A stretch of 38,227 nt of DNA from positions 620,001 to 658,227 of the forward strand of contig NW_026250425.1 in the NCBI RefSeq assembly GCF_024521635.1, read 5' to 3'. Below the pieces are notes generated by a model. That model ran no database searches. It worked only from the letters and a program-made list of their open reading frames with translations, and was not told where the DNA came from. Origin of the DNA: Tricharina praecox (taxonomy: Eukaryota). Below, one piece after another: positions 1 to 12,257 of this stretch (position 1 is the first letter of the stretch; each line of letters opens with the position of its first letter). The position numbers and the translations under genes are program-made.

Positions 1-2
1 AG

Positions 3-2243
3 GCGGCGGCAGCGGAGCGGAACCAGCGGCGGCGACCGCTGGAGGGAAGCAGAACTCCAGTAAAAATCAAAACTGTACTATCCCCATCTCCCAATAAAGG
101 CAAAGTTCGTCGGAAAGGACGGCAGACAACAACGGCGGCAGTGTCTTCAAGCCCAACAATGACTTTCCATACAAAAGCGGCGACAGACGAAATCTACGGC
201 ATATTCAACCAACCACTGAAACTGCAACCAAAGGATCCCGATAGTCAGGAGAGCGATGGGACAGACTTCGGTGAGGAGAGCGAGGGCGATTATACCACCA
301 CGAGCATGGTTGATACAAACAGGACGGTACACCAGGAGGATGACGACGACGACGATGCCGCAAGTGTCCGCAGTGACTGGTCCGACTTCAACCTCGCGCA
401 GAACATGGCCAAGCCCTCCGACGAGGACGCGGACGAGGGCGAAGACGAAGACGAAGACATGGGCGAGGGTGACACATTTGCGGTTCCGGAGCCGCGGGCA
501 CCGGTAGTCAAAATGCAGAAGCTGTCCATCTTCTCCGACGAGCCTGGCCTGGCCAAAGCGCAGCAAGCGCGGCGGCTGCAGATTCCGGAGCCGCCGGATG
601 ATTTCAATCCTCCCACGCTGCCGTACCATATTGCAAAAGACCAGTCCCACATGCAGAGCCGCCTGCCGTACATGACCCCAATCGTTGAGAGAACAGAGTC
701 ACTTCCTGGCACGCTGGGCCGTAGCAGGGCGCTGCAGCCGAAAACTCCCAGTCGGGGCGCCATGCCTGTCATCGACGACGATGACGACGACGAGGACGAT
801 GACATGATGGGTGGTAGTCCATTTGACGAGGCGCCGCGCGAAAACCGGAGGACGCCTCTGGCGGCGATCCAGAAACAATTACCACTTCAACCCAAGTCGC
901 AGCTGCAGCCTGTGGCGGTGGTGCGGCGGAGGGAGAAAGTGCTCGAGCAAGGCCCCGTCGTCGACGACAAGGTTTGCAATCCCATGGATGAAGGCATGCG
1001 AGCCCTGATATGGCAAAAACTGGATCCGCCCCTCAAGACTTACGACGGGTATTACGAGTTTCCGACGACGAACTCGGGCCGTGCTGCGGAGATCAAGCGG
1101 TTCACTAAGACTATGGCGAAGCGGGATGGCGGTGGAGCTACCGGCGGCGTCCCGGAGAACCCGGCGCTCGAGTTCTTCGTCAATGAAGGTGGGAGGCAAT
1201 ACATAGTCAAGAGGGAGTTGGGCAAGGGCGCATTCGCCCCCGTCTACCTGGTCGAGAATATCAGCGTGGCCGACTTGGAAGAAGAGGCTGAGGAAGACGG
1301 GCTCGGCAAGGAAGAGCTCGAGCGACAGCTTGCGGAACTAAAGCTTGCCGGGCGAAAGAAATACGAGGCGCTCAAGATGGAGCATCCTCCTAATCCTTGG
1401 GAGTTCTACATCATCAAGCAGGCGGAGCGACGACTGCGGAATACCAGGGCCGTTGAGTCCATCGTGAAGGCGCACGAGATGCATTTATTTAAGGACGAGG
1501 GCTTTCTCCTCCTCGAGTACCGCGACCAGGGCACCATCTTGGACCTAGTGAACCACGCGCGATCCGAGGCTGGCGGAACCGGCGTGATGGACGAGCTCCT
1601 AGTGATGTTCCTGACCGTCGAGCTTCTGCGGGTGACCGAGAGCCTACACGCGCAATTACTCATCCACGGCGACATCAAAGCGGACAACTGTCTAGTGCGC
1701 TTCGACGCGATCGCGGACAACCTGTGGTCATCGCGGTACGAGCCCTCGGGCTCCGGCGGGTGGTCGGCGAAGGGCGTCACGTTCATCGACTTCGGCCGCG
1801 GCATCGACATGAAACTGTTCCACCCCAGTGTCCAGTTCATCGCCGACTGGAAGACGGACCAGCAGGACTGCGCGGAAATGCGGGAGCTAAGGCCGTGGAC
1901 CTTCCAGGTCGACTATCACGGCATCGCCGCGGTCATACACTCTATGCTCTTTGGGAAATACATCCAGACCGCCGCTGAACGCTCCGGCCTCCCCGGCGGC
2001 GGGCATAAGAACTACAAAATCACCACGCCGCTGAAAAGATACTGGGAGAAGCCCCTGTGGGCGGAGGTGTTTGAGGTCCTCTTGAACCCGCTGCAGGAGG
2101 AGGGCGGCGCGCTGCCTATCACCGATAGCCTCAAGAGGTGCAGGCTGAAGATGGAGGCTCACCTGGTGGCGCATTGCGATAAGGGCGTGGGGCTCAAGAG
2201 CATGGTCAGAAAGATGGAGGTTGCGATGAGTAAACGTAGATAG
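3..2243 (+). CDS. BUB1: Spindle checkpoint kinase Bub1, 3' part (5' end lies outside the window)
   Basis: Frame is open from position 3. It contains the Bub1 motif PTMTFHTKAATDEIYGIFNQ and a C-terminal kinase domain (LGKGAFAPVY, ALKME..PWEFYI, IHGDIKADNCL, IDFGRGIDM, WTFQVDYHG). Stop TAG at 2241-2243. Confidence 0.93.
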   Translation, partial: AAAAERNQRRRPLEGSRTPVKIKTVLSPSPNKGKVRRKGRQTTTAAVSSSPTMTFHTKAATDEIYGIFNQPLKLQPKDPDSQESDGTDFGEESEGDYTTTSMVDTNRTVHQEDDDDDDAASVRSDWSDFNLAQNMAKPSDEDADEGEDEDEDMGEGDTFAVPEPRAPVVKMQKLSIFSDEPGLAKAQQARRLQIPEPPDDFNPPTLPYHIAKDQSHMQSRLPYMTPIVERTESLPGTLGRSRALQPKTPSRGAMPVIDDDDDDEDDDMMGGSPFDEAPRENRRTPLAAIQKQLPLQPKSQLQPVAVVRRREKVLEQGPVVDDKVCNPMDEGMRALIWQKLDPPLKTYDGYYEFPTTNSGRAAEIKRFTKTMAKRDGGGATGGVPENPALEFFVNEGGRQYIVKRELGKGAFAPVYLVENISVADLEEEAEEDGLGKEELERQLAELKLAGRKKYEALKMEHPPNPWEFYIIKQAERRLRNTRAVESIVKAHEMHLFKDEGFLLLEYRDQGTILDLVNHARSEAGGTGVMDELLVMFLTVELLRVTESLHAQLLIHGDIKADNCLVRFDAIADNLWSSRYEPSGSGGWSAKGVTFIDFGRGIDMKLFHPSVQFIADWKTDQQDCAEMRELRPWTFQVDYHGIAAVIHSMLFGKYIQTAAERSGLPGGGHKNYKITTPLKRYWEKPLWAEVFEVLLNPLQEEGGALPITDSLKRCRLKMEAHLVAHCDKGVGLKSMVRKMEVAMSKRR

Positions 2244-2278
<35 letters not shown>
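2243..2278. repeat. (GTT)12 microsatellite directly after the Bub1 stop codon
   Basis: Perfect trinucleotide run read directly from the sequence. Confidence 0.95.
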
Positions 2279-4183
2279 ACCATGTTCTTTTTTGCGATGG
2301 CTACGGTACTTGTAGCTGGAGTTTTGTTTTTTCCTCTCTGGTATATAGGAGCTGGAGCAGGGCTTTCGTTTCTGTTTTATCTTTTTACTTTTGGTTTTTG
2401 GGATCCTGCCATCCGCCAAGTACCTAGACCTACGTATGAAGGGAGGAGTTCTTGTATGATACCTATTCCGTAGCTGGCTATCGGCCTCCCCAGTGTCCTC
2501 ACAAATCGATGTACAATGGATGTACAAATTACAATGAATGTACATGTGTATATCTGTCCATAGGGTAATTACATAGCGGCGCCACGCCGGATGAACCTCA
2601 AGGCCCAATGTTTCAACCCTTCAACCCTTCAATTGAACCCCGGATGTTCGGCAACAAATCTCCTAGCGAGCCGGAGCCCACGGAGATTGTCCCGCCTCCG
2701 TACTCTACATACTCCACTCGATCCGACTGCACCTTCGAAGCCGCCGGGCGCCGGGGTAGTCACGGCGGCGCACTCGTGGGAATGCGGCCACGGTAATGCG
2801 GACGAACTACCTACCTTCCTGGGTAGGGAAGACAAGCGCGGGCGGGGTATATGTACAGTACCATATAGTAGTGCATAGGAGTAGTCTACTCCAAACAGCC
2901 AGAAAGGCCGTATGCGATAGTAAATTGGTATTCTCCCTCCGTCTCTCTCTGTATGTCTCTCTCGCGCAGCCAAGCACAGACAAGCGCAGGGCAAATTGTT
3001 CCGTGTTTCCCGCAAGCGGCATTCCAGGTTGAGTACTTCCTTACCTGTACTGCACACTACCAAAGTACCTACTAGTAGTAGTTGCGGGATCACCTGGATG
3101 CAGAAAGTGGCAGTGGATATGCATATGTCTACTCCATGTAAAGGCAGCGCATACGTAACGAATGTAACGGCTGCACTGTTCCCGCCGATATTGACAGAGT
3201 ATCCTCAGTGATCTGCGGCCGACTAATCGATAGTGCTGTATGTACCGTAAGTACGAACGGTGGGGTATGCATACCGAAACGCCGAGTGATATGGAGTCAC
3301 ACGAGGGCGCGGGCGAGGGGTCGTGGTTATGCGGGCGTTGGTACGCAAGTCTATGTAGATATGCAGGTACAGACGACGTAGGGACGGAACACCGGACGAA
3401 CTTCGAAGGCGTTTTGGTTTTGGGGCTAAGAGAGCTAAGAGGGGGCTCGACTGAGGGCTTTCGAGGCTCAAGTGCTGCGAATGTGCATACCAGTAGTCGA
3501 GTGGAATGGGGCGTTTCTGTTCGACTAAGTACCGGTATGTATGTGCAGCACGTACCTATCCTAACTTCCTAAGGCCTTTCTCGAATCCAGCATCCGACGG
3601 AGCGCACGCACGCAAGGGAGTTGATTTCACGTTCACCGGCCAAACGTCAACCAGGACTCTGGAGAACCCGGCGGACGCCGAAAAGAGATCTGGCCAGTTC
3701 TTCCGTGGAATGACTCGGGTGATTCGCAGCGAGCACAGCACTCTACTGTAGAGTAATGTAAATACCTGGGTAGTACATACGGGACCGTGTAGCGAAGTCC
3801 AGCGATATATCCGGTTTCCAGCAGCTGCTGTTGATGGATGCCGGGCGTGAAGCCTTGGCGGTATGTTGATTTCGCAGCAGCATGGGCGGTGCTGCATTAC
3901 TAATCGCGATCACGGCCGATTGCCACAGCTGCTGATCTGAGCTGAGCCCAAGCTGAGCTGGATAAACACGAAGGGCAAACACGACGCAAACACGACGGTT
4001 TCGTGAGAGGACAGATATCGTGTTTCCACCAACGCTTGTGGACCAAGGGTGTATGGATGTAAGGGCTGCACTCCGCCCTGCACAATATCGAAATAAATTA
4101 TACGGGAGTACCTGTACCTGAGCTCTGGAGAAACAGGCGAACGAGCGAGAGTGCAAAGAGAAAAGAACAGGCCGACGGGGCTT

Positions 4184-4229
4184 CTGGACAAAGTGTTAAC
4201 ATCTGTTTAGTGCGACCGCGTCGGCCAAT
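4184..4229 (+). promoter_or_regulatory. Candidate UPRE-like element plus CCAAT box upstream of PDI
   Basis: CTGGACAAAGTGT (4184-4196) resembles the yeast KAR2 UPRE core CTGGACAGCGTGT. CCAAT lies at 4225-4229, about 400 bp upstream of a canonical UPR target gene. Confidence 0.3.
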
Positions 4230-4613
4230 CAGCGGCCACAATTCCCACGGCCAACCCTAACCTCCGTTCCACAACGCGCTCCCCCAGCTATGAAGGAGCT
4301 TGTATGCTTTGAATGCCACACACACCCCCCCGGAGACATCTGAGTGCTTGCTTCAAAAAGAACACATTGTCCCTGCGAAGAAGCTCTACCTTTCGACTAA
4401 TCAACCCCCCCTACACCACTACCCTCCTCCACTCCACCACCGCCCCTCAGTCTTCAATAACGTCTCCTCCTCTTCCTCCTCCTCCTCATCCTCCTCATCC
4501 TCCTCATCCTCTTTCTCCACGAGCAATACGAACCTACTTGACGAAAACTCAGAACTCCGTCAACCTTTACACTCCACGTCTTAACGCACAAACCTCCACC
4601 ACCACACATCACA

Positions 4614-6456
4614 ATGAAGGGTTTCAAGGAGCTCTCTGCCGTCGCGCTCTCGCTGCTTGCCTACACTGTCTCCGCTGAGGAGGCTGCTGCCGCTGCCGTC
4701 GATGAGGTGCCCTCGAATGTCCATGTTCTGAAGACTGATACCTTCGAGCCTTTCGTAAAAGAGAACCCGTTGGTGCTGGCTGAGTGTGCGTTGTCCCGTC
4801 TTCTCTGAGCTTCACATCTCGCCGTGTAGCGTAACTGACAGAAGTCAAATAGTCTACGCTCCCTGGTGCGGACACTGCAAAGCTTTAGCCCCCGAGTACG
4901 AGGATGCCGCCACAAAACTGAAGGAGAAGGGCATTCCTTTGGCCAAGATTGAGTGAGTGGTCTAGCTTTTCCGAAGCACTGGAACAAGGCGCTAACCATA
5001 CTTCCCCCCCCTAGCTGCACTGTCGAGACTGAGCTCTGTGAGAAGCAAGGTGTCCAGGGTTACCCCACCGTCAAGGTGTTCCGTGGCCCTGACAACGTCG
5101 CCCCCTACGGCGGCCAGCGCAAGTCGGATGCCATCGTCTCGTACATGATCAAGCAGTCCCTGCCTGCCGTCTCCATCCTTGACAAGGAGAGCCACGAGAC
5201 CTTCATCGCCGCCGATAATGTTGTCCTGGTTGCCTACTTCGGTGCCGACGATAAGGACACCAACGCCACCTACTCCCAGGTGGCTGAGTCCTTGAGGGAC
5301 AGCTACCTGTTCGGTGCCACTTCCGACGCCGCGTTGGCTAAGGCCGCCGGTGTCAAGACCCCCGCTCTCGTCCTGTACAAGAGCTTCGACGAGGGCAAGA
5401 CTGTGTACGATGGCAAGTTCGAGCTCGAGAAGGTTATGGAGTTCGCCAAGGTTGCCAGCACCCCGCTGGTCGGTGAGGTCGGTCCGGAGACGTACGCTGG
5501 GTACATGGACGCTGGCATCCCTCTCGCGTACATCTTCGTCGACAACGATGCCGACAAGGAGAAGTTCACCAAGGCAGCCAAGCCCCTCGCCGAGAAGTAC
5601 CGTGGCAAGATCAATTTCGCCACCATTGATGCTGCTGCTTTCGGCGCTCACGCCCAGAACCTGAACCTCGAGCAGAAGTGGCCCGCGTTCGCCATCCAGG
5701 AGACCGCCAAGAACCAGAAGTACCCCTTCGACCAGGACACCGAGATGACCGAGGCCGCCCTTGCCAAGTTCGTCGAGGACTTCTCCGCCGGCAACATCAA
5801 CCCCAGCATCAAGTCCGAGCCTGTGCCTGAGAAGCAGGAGGGCCCCGTCCACGTCATCGTTGCCAACAACTACGAGGACATCGTCATGGATGCCGAGAAG
5901 GACGTTCTCGTCGAGTTCTACGCTCCCTGGTGTGGACACTGCAAGAACCTCGCTCCTAAGTACGAGGAGCTCGGCAAGCTGTACTTTGACGACAAGGAGT
6001 TTGGCGCCAAGGTCATCATCGCCAAGGTTGATGCTACTGTGAGTTCACCGCACCTTGACCTGTCGTGGTGAAAGTTTACTGATTCGTGTCCAGGCCAACG
6101 ACGTTCCCATCGAGATCCAGGGCTTCCCCACCATCAAGCTCTTCCCTGCTGGCTCCAAGACTGCGATTGACTACACTGGAAGCCGCACCGTCGAGGACCT
6201 TGCCAACTTCGTCAAGGAGCACGGTACCCACAAGGTTGACGCCTACGTCGCTCCCCCCGCCGAGGTTGCCGCCGATGAGGCCGAGGAGGTTCTTGGCTCT
6301 GCCGCCGCTGCCGCCAGTAAGGTCTCAGAAAAGGCTGAGGAGAAGTCGGAGACCGCCACTGAAAAGGTGAAGGAGGCCACCGAGAAGGTGAAGGAGGCTG
6401 CCGCAGCGGCAAGCTCGGCTGTGGTCGGAGACGAGAGGATCCACAACGAGTTGTAA
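4614..6456 (+). CDS. PDI1: Protein disulfide isomerase (a-b-b'-a'), ~552 aa; exons 4614-4785, 4853-4952, 5015-6038, 6094-6456
   Basis: Signal peptide, two [10 protein letters not shown] active sites, GYPT/GFPT loops and C-terminal HNEL. Three GT..AG introns with CTRAC-like branch sites restore a single frame (1659 nt). Confidence 0.96.
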
Positions 6457-7014
6457 AAGCTGCGGGATAAGAGCTAACAAAATGACGTTATTCAGTACGC
6501 TTGGATTTACTTGTACTACATTACTGGGTTTGGATGGGGCTACTTATGCGTTGAACTGTTCTATTCTGTGTTGTCTCTTTTTCTTTAACGGCGTTTCTTC
6601 TTCTGTTCACGATATTACTTTATGCTGTTTTACATCACATGTAGCTTGACGAATTGTAGTTTTGATTGGTGTCACATCAATCGATGTTTGCTTTTGCAAC
6701 TGTTGGCCAGACTTGCGGTCCGAGCGTGTCGTGTTGGTTTTCCCGATTCGCGTGATGCAACGCATGGACCGTCCAACACGAGTAATGAAGAGCCCAAAGA
6801 CGTCAGTCAGCCCGACTGAAATGCGTGCCGTCCCCACCCCCAGATTTATTCGTCCCGTCTTTTGATACGCTAAGTACCCCAACCGTACATCACACCTGTC
6901 AACATTCGCCTGCTCAACACCAGTAACTTCCTCCTACTCAGGTAGTTAAACCTCGCCGTCCTCTTCATCTCTCCCCACCATACAACGAAAAACCTACCAA
7001 CAATCACCACCACC

Positions 7015-8729
7015 ATGTCCGGCAACCTCAAGCGCAAAGCACCCCCGACCCCCTCAAGTACAGCCAAAAAGACGCGTTCAATAGCCTCCTTCTTCAGGCC
7101 GGCAGCTTCACCCAGCAGCTCCAACTCCGGCTCCAGCACCTCGTCGACTAATGGCAGCGGCGACATCGCGACCTCCACGCTCCCAAAATTCAACAAAGCC
7201 ACCTGGCTCTCCACCCTCACGCCTGAGCAGCGTACCCTTCTCTCCCTCGAGCTCTCGAGCATCGGGCCGAGCTACCTCGGCCTGTTGGCCCCTCTCCTCA
7301 CAACCCCACAATTTCTCTCCCTCAAGGCGTTCCTCGCCTCGGAGCGCGGTCCCGTCTACCCACCCGCCCCACAGATCTACACGTGGACGCGCCTGTGCCC
7401 GCTCCCGTCCGTGCGCGTCGTCGTGCTGGGCCAGGACCCGTACCACGGTCCCGGACAGGCCATGGGGCTGAGCTTTTCCGTGTCCCCGCCGACCCCCGCG
7501 CCCCCGTCGCTGGGCAATATATACAAAGCGCTGGCGAGGGATTATCCCGATTTCCGGCCGCCGCCTGGGAGGGGCGGGGATTTGAGCCCCTGGGCGAGGA
7601 GGGGGGTGTTGCTGCTTAATGCAGCGCTCACGGTTAGGAGAGGCGAGGCGGCGTCGCATGCGGGGAAGGGGTGGGAGAAGATTACGGGCGCCGTACTAAG
7701 CCATCTCGCCAAGGGGAGAGGGTGTGTTTTTATGGTGTGGGGCGCGGACGCGCAGAAGAGGGTGAAGGAGGTGGGCATTGATGAGAATAAGCATTTGGTG
7801 CTGAGGAGTGTGCATCCGAGCCCGCTGAGTGCGCATAGGGGTTGGGTGAGTTACCTACCTACCGACGTGGAGCGAGGGGGCGTGGAGAGAGTGAGCGCTA
7901 ATAGTGGGTGTAGTTCGATTGCGGACACTTCAAGAAGGCGAATGAGTGGCTTGAGGCGCGCTACGGTGAGGCGGGACCGATCGATTGGAGTTTGCACGGG
8001 AGTACGCCGGTGGGGGTTAAGAGGGCGCCTGCGAAGGTGGAGGACAAGAAGGTGGAGGACAAGAAGGTGAAGGAGACGGAGAAGAAGGATGATGAGGATG
8101 AGTTCGGCTTTGATGACGAGGAGGAGGCGATGGTCGAGGCGGCTGTGGAGGCGGAGAACGCGGCGAAGGCGGCTGCTGAAGCGGAGAAGGAGGCGGTGGA
8201 GAAGGCGGCGAAGAAGGTGGCCGAGCAGACTAAAGCTGAGGAAGAGGAAGAGGACGAGGCGGTGGAGAAGGCGGCGAAGAAGGTGGCCGAGCAGACTAAA
8301 GCTGAGGAAGAGGAAGAGGACGAGGCGGTGGAGAAGGCGGCGAAGAAGGTGGCCGAGCAGACTAAAGCTGAGGAAGAGGAAGAGGACGAGGCGGTGGAGA
8401 AGGCGGCGAAGAAGGTGGCCGAGCAGACTAAAGCTGAGGAAGAGGAAGAGGACGAGGCGGTGGAGAAGGCGGCGAAGAAGGTGGCCGAGCAGACTAAAGC
8501 TGAGGAAGAGGAAGAGGACGAGGCGGTGGAGAAGGCGGCGAAGAAGGTGCTAGAACAGGTTGAATCTAAGGAAGAAGAGGAGGAGGAGGCTATCGAGGCT
8601 GTCGAGAAGGCAGTGGCGAAGGTGATAGCCCAAGCTAAAGTTGAGGAAGAGGAGGACTCAGAAGACGCTATGGCCATAGACATGGAGGAGGAGACGGCAG
8701 AGTCATCGGATGGCACGGAAAAGGCTTGA
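7015..8729 (+). CDS. UNG1: Uracil-DNA glycosylase (family 1) with a long acidic repeat C-terminal extension, ~548 aa; exons 7015-7845, 7914-8729
   Basis: Motifs GQDPYH, AMGLSFSV, PPSLGNIYK, GVLLLN and HPSPLS. Intron 7846-7913 (GTGAGT..GCTAAT..TAG) joins to FDCGHFKKANEWL...PIDW, which runs in frame into the 7992-8729 ORF. Confidence 0.9.
8190..8549 (+). repeat. Coding minisatellite: 66-bp unit x ~5.5, encoding EAVEKAAKKVAEQTKAEEEEED
   Basis: CCGAGCAGAC recurs at 8221, 8287, 8353, 8419 and 8485. Copies appear identical and are followed by a degenerate copy. Confidence 0.97.
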
Positions 8730-8951
8730 GCTGGATGAACTGTTCGGGCTGTCTGCGTATGCTATCTTTCCATCTTCCTGTATGTGTGTGTGCATGTCAT
8801 TTCATGTATTCTAGACTTTCATCGCCATCGTTTAGTCACTACTTTAATGGATTTTCCTCACAAGATATCACTGATGCCATCAATCCCAGTCTAACGCTAT
8901 GAGAGATATACACCGGTAAGTAAGCGACAGAAACACCCACACACTATCTGC

Positions 8952-10217
8952 TCAATCCAGCTCATCGTTCTCGCCCTCCCGTTTTACCGGCGGCGGCTGC
9001 GGAGGACTGGTAGGAACCGGCGTAGAGCTCTTCCTCGGCGGCGGGGGACCCGCCCTCTTTGGCGGCGGCGGAAGTCCAGGCTTGACAGTCGCAGCGCCCG
9101 CCTTTGCGCCGCCCTCCAGCTCCAAACTCTTCTGCTCTCCCTCCCTGAGGTAATCATCCATGATACTCGGATTAAAGTCCCTCGCATGGTGATGTCTCGG
9201 CTTGTGCCTCGCAGGGGCGACCTGCGGCGGAAACACATGTGCGCCCGCCGGCGCCCCGCCACGGAACCCGGGCGTCTCCATCGGCGTGAACTGATAGGGC
9301 GAGGGCGAGCCGGATACCGCCGCAGGGGTGATGAGGTTCCCCGGCTCCGTAGGCGGGAACAGCTCCTCCTCCTCCGCGTCCTCTGGGTTCATAGCGGCAC
9401 GGGCGACATCGCCAGAGGCGCGGGGGGTATTCGAGAACAGCGTTTCACCGGGGGCCTGGACGGGCTCGTGCAGTGGGGCGGGAACACGGTGCAGCGCGCC
9501 AAAGCCGAGGACGCAACCGAGAGCTCCCTCGCCGCCCCACGACCGCGTCGGCGTTATGTGCAGCTCCCGCGTCACGTCGTATTCGTGGTTGTACACGAAT
9601 AGGCGCAGAGGCCGGTCCATGTGGTCTTCGACTAGCTCGCCGAGGCCGGACTCTCCCCGCACAATGCCCTCCGGCGTGCCGATTATGTAGTCGCTGTAGG
9701 GGAGCAGACCGGCGAAGTCCGCGGGGGAGTTTGGGGCCACGTCGAGAATGTGCCAGATGTCCTCCGTGGTCGAGACGGGACACCATTGTAGCACCAGCCC
9801 GAGGGAGAGCGAGGTCGATGGGACGGACACCATCACGTCGCGCATTCGTTGGCCCTGGGGAGCGAGATGGTCAGCGGGGTGCGGCCGGGGGGTGCAGAAG
9901 GTGTCACGAACCTTTGCGCTCCACACCATGAATGCGACATCCCGTCCAGCGCAGTTTTCCACTTCCTTTGAGAACAGATAGGAATTCCCGTCTTCCTAGG
10001 GTCGGTAAGATGAAGGCCCACGGTATCGTGCAGACTGCAGGGACGGCGGACGGGGGACGAGGGGACGTACGACTAACCGGCCGTTGATGCCACAGATAAA
10101 GTCGAACCACGGCTCAATGACGATGAACTTGTTTGTGTTTTTGAGGACTTGGAAGCCGAAGGCGACGCCTTGCCGCCGCTCTTCGCCGATGGGAAGGAAC
10201 TTTTTGAGCCAGGACAT
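8952..10217 (-). CDS. GRH1: Golgi reassembly stacking protein GRASP55/65 homolog, ~377 aa; exons 10217-10071, 9995-9912, 9854-8952
   Basis: GRASP PDZ-like motifs FGFQVL, IEPWFDFICGING, WHILDVAPNSPADFAGLLPYSDYIIGT and WGGEGALGCVLGFGALHRVP. N-terminus MSWLKKF is amphipathic and lacks Gly2, as in fungal Grh1. Proline-rich tail; GT..AG introns. Confidence 0.92.
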
Positions 10218-12160
10218 TGCGACGACGACGAAGGGGTCTGGTGGGGTGGTGGTGACGGTAGTGTTGCTAAGGTAAGGTAAAGCTCAGAGATGGGGTGTTT
10301 AGCGTCTCTGACACGTGGGATGAGTAGGGGGGCCTTCATGGATGCACGATAAATCACTCGCCCTGTTCGAACGGAGAAGCAGAACGGAGTACAATTGAGT
10401 TCAATTGAGCCCAAACTGACGCACTGGTTTTGATTGCCAGTATTGTACAAATATAGATGCATCCGTTTTCATCCCGACTCCACACCGCAGGCGAGCGCAT
10501 CACGTCACAATTTGGGGCGCCGGCGACTCGGCGAGTTGGCGTCGCGGCGAGGGTCGGACCGGAACTATATATATCCTGCCGTCCGAGGCTTCCGGAATGG
10601 ATCCAGAGCGACGCGCGTGCAGGCGGCTGGAGGGAGTCGTCAAGTAGGCGAGCTTTGGAGACGGCATTCTCGGGTCAGACTTCAGCGTTCAATGATGAAA
10701 ACAGCCGCAACGCTGTAAAATGGCGGCTACCAAAGTATGCCTAATTGAGTGGAGTAGTTACGCCACAACGGCGCGAACGGCATTGCGCCGTTGGAGCCGC
10801 TCGTATGTGCTACCGTGTACATACGGCAAGCCTTTCATTCCGGTTCTTGCGAATGCGCGTATGTTTGTACACAGCCTTCTCCTAGGTATGCATGATAGTA
10901 CAGGTACTCGGTCTAGCCCGAAACACCGACGACGACGACTTTCTCTTCTCCACGCCCAGCGAACCCTCCTCCTCCTCCTCCTCCACAAAACCTTCAGATA
11001 CACACCCGACGATCGGGGTGCGGCAAAGCGGCCGCTACCAAATAGAGTCGCACGCCTCTTGCAAGCCACTCGAGTCTCTCGGTCTCGTTGGGGGGATGGG
11101 AGGTCAGTGCCCATGGCTCAATCGATCCCTATGGCAAAAACACCAAGAAGCTTGGCCAGTTAGCCAGAGCAGCGGTGACGACGCTCATGGCTGCCAATTC
11201 GCTGAGCGCTCGGACGAAGGCTCGGCTCGGCTCGGCTCCCTTTTTTTATCTCTTGCTTTCTTTCGTTTTTCGCTCCCTTTTTAACTCTGGGTGTGGGCCC
11301 TGGCTTTACCGTCCCTGCTGAGTGCCCTGGGTGCTAGTGTGTGGAGTACTCCACTTGTTCTTGGGTTTCCTGGAAGAGATGGAAGGACTCGAAGAAGGGG
11401 AGGAAGGGGAAGGGCTCGAAGCAGGTGGAGACATTCGGTTAAATACTTGTTCTTCGTCCACGGTACCTGGAAGAGCTGAGAGAAGGTGGAGAATTCGGTT
11501 AGATAGGTACCACCTGTTCCTTGATGCCGGAATTCCATCTAGACATCCCCACGGGCTTGAGTTGACGTTTGATATGTAGCATATTTTTCCTTTGCAAACG
11601 GGGGGCAAGAAGCAGCCAGCATTGCAAAGTATCGTGGTGCCGTCACGCCTTATCATTCATGTTACTCTCAAAAGTACTTCAGGACCTATGCGTCGCCGGG
11701 TCGCCGCGTCGGACAACAGTGATTCCGGAGAATTCTTAGCCGACTACTTAGAGACTTAGGGGTGTTGTTAGCACAGGTTACAAGACCTCTGCCCAGTGCC
11801 GCCATGGGGGGTGGTCACTGGTCTGGCCCCGAGTGGAGCTATGATGATAGCATGTACCGTATCTTTCAGGCGAAGCTTCGTTTGTGCTCTTGCTGTCGTG
11901 GAAGACGCCGTCGTTGTTTCTTGCTTCCAGATGAGAGAACTAAAATAGGTGGATAGACTAGATACTCGATGAACGGCCTTCGCGAAACCGATATGTAGAT
12001 AGCTCTGGAGATGAGGGTTGTCCAAAGCTGGGCCGAAAGGGAGCAACTTGGCTGTTAATCTCGGACCGATTAAAATCGCCGGGGTCTTGGTGGCCTTGGC
12101 AGTGTTTCCCCTTTAAACTTTGGCGACGACGCATCACGGCCGCCGAGCCCGAGAAGAAAA

Positions 12161-12257
12161 ACCGGGCACGACTGGGCACGACTCGGCATATCTGGGCATA
12201 TCTGGGGCCTGGGCATAATCTGGGCATATCTGGGGCCTGGGCATAATCTGGGCATAA
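12161..12257. repeat. Intergenic minisatellite of ~10-bp CTGGGCA(T/C)(A/G) units with a 29-bp higher-order duplication
   Basis: accgggcacg actgggcacg actcggcata tctgggcata tctggggcctgggcataa tctgggcata tctggggcctgggcataa tctgggcataa. Confidence 0.85.

Noticed and set aside
4992..5939. Long antisense ORFs over PDI1 (and similar ones over BUB1, UNG1, CRH1, gag/pol)
   Set aside because: Shadow ORFs from GC-rich codon bias; no recognisable motifs.
7992..8729. Separate 245-aa gene downstream of UNG1
   Set aside because: Starts at TTG and is in frame with spliced UNG1 exon 2.
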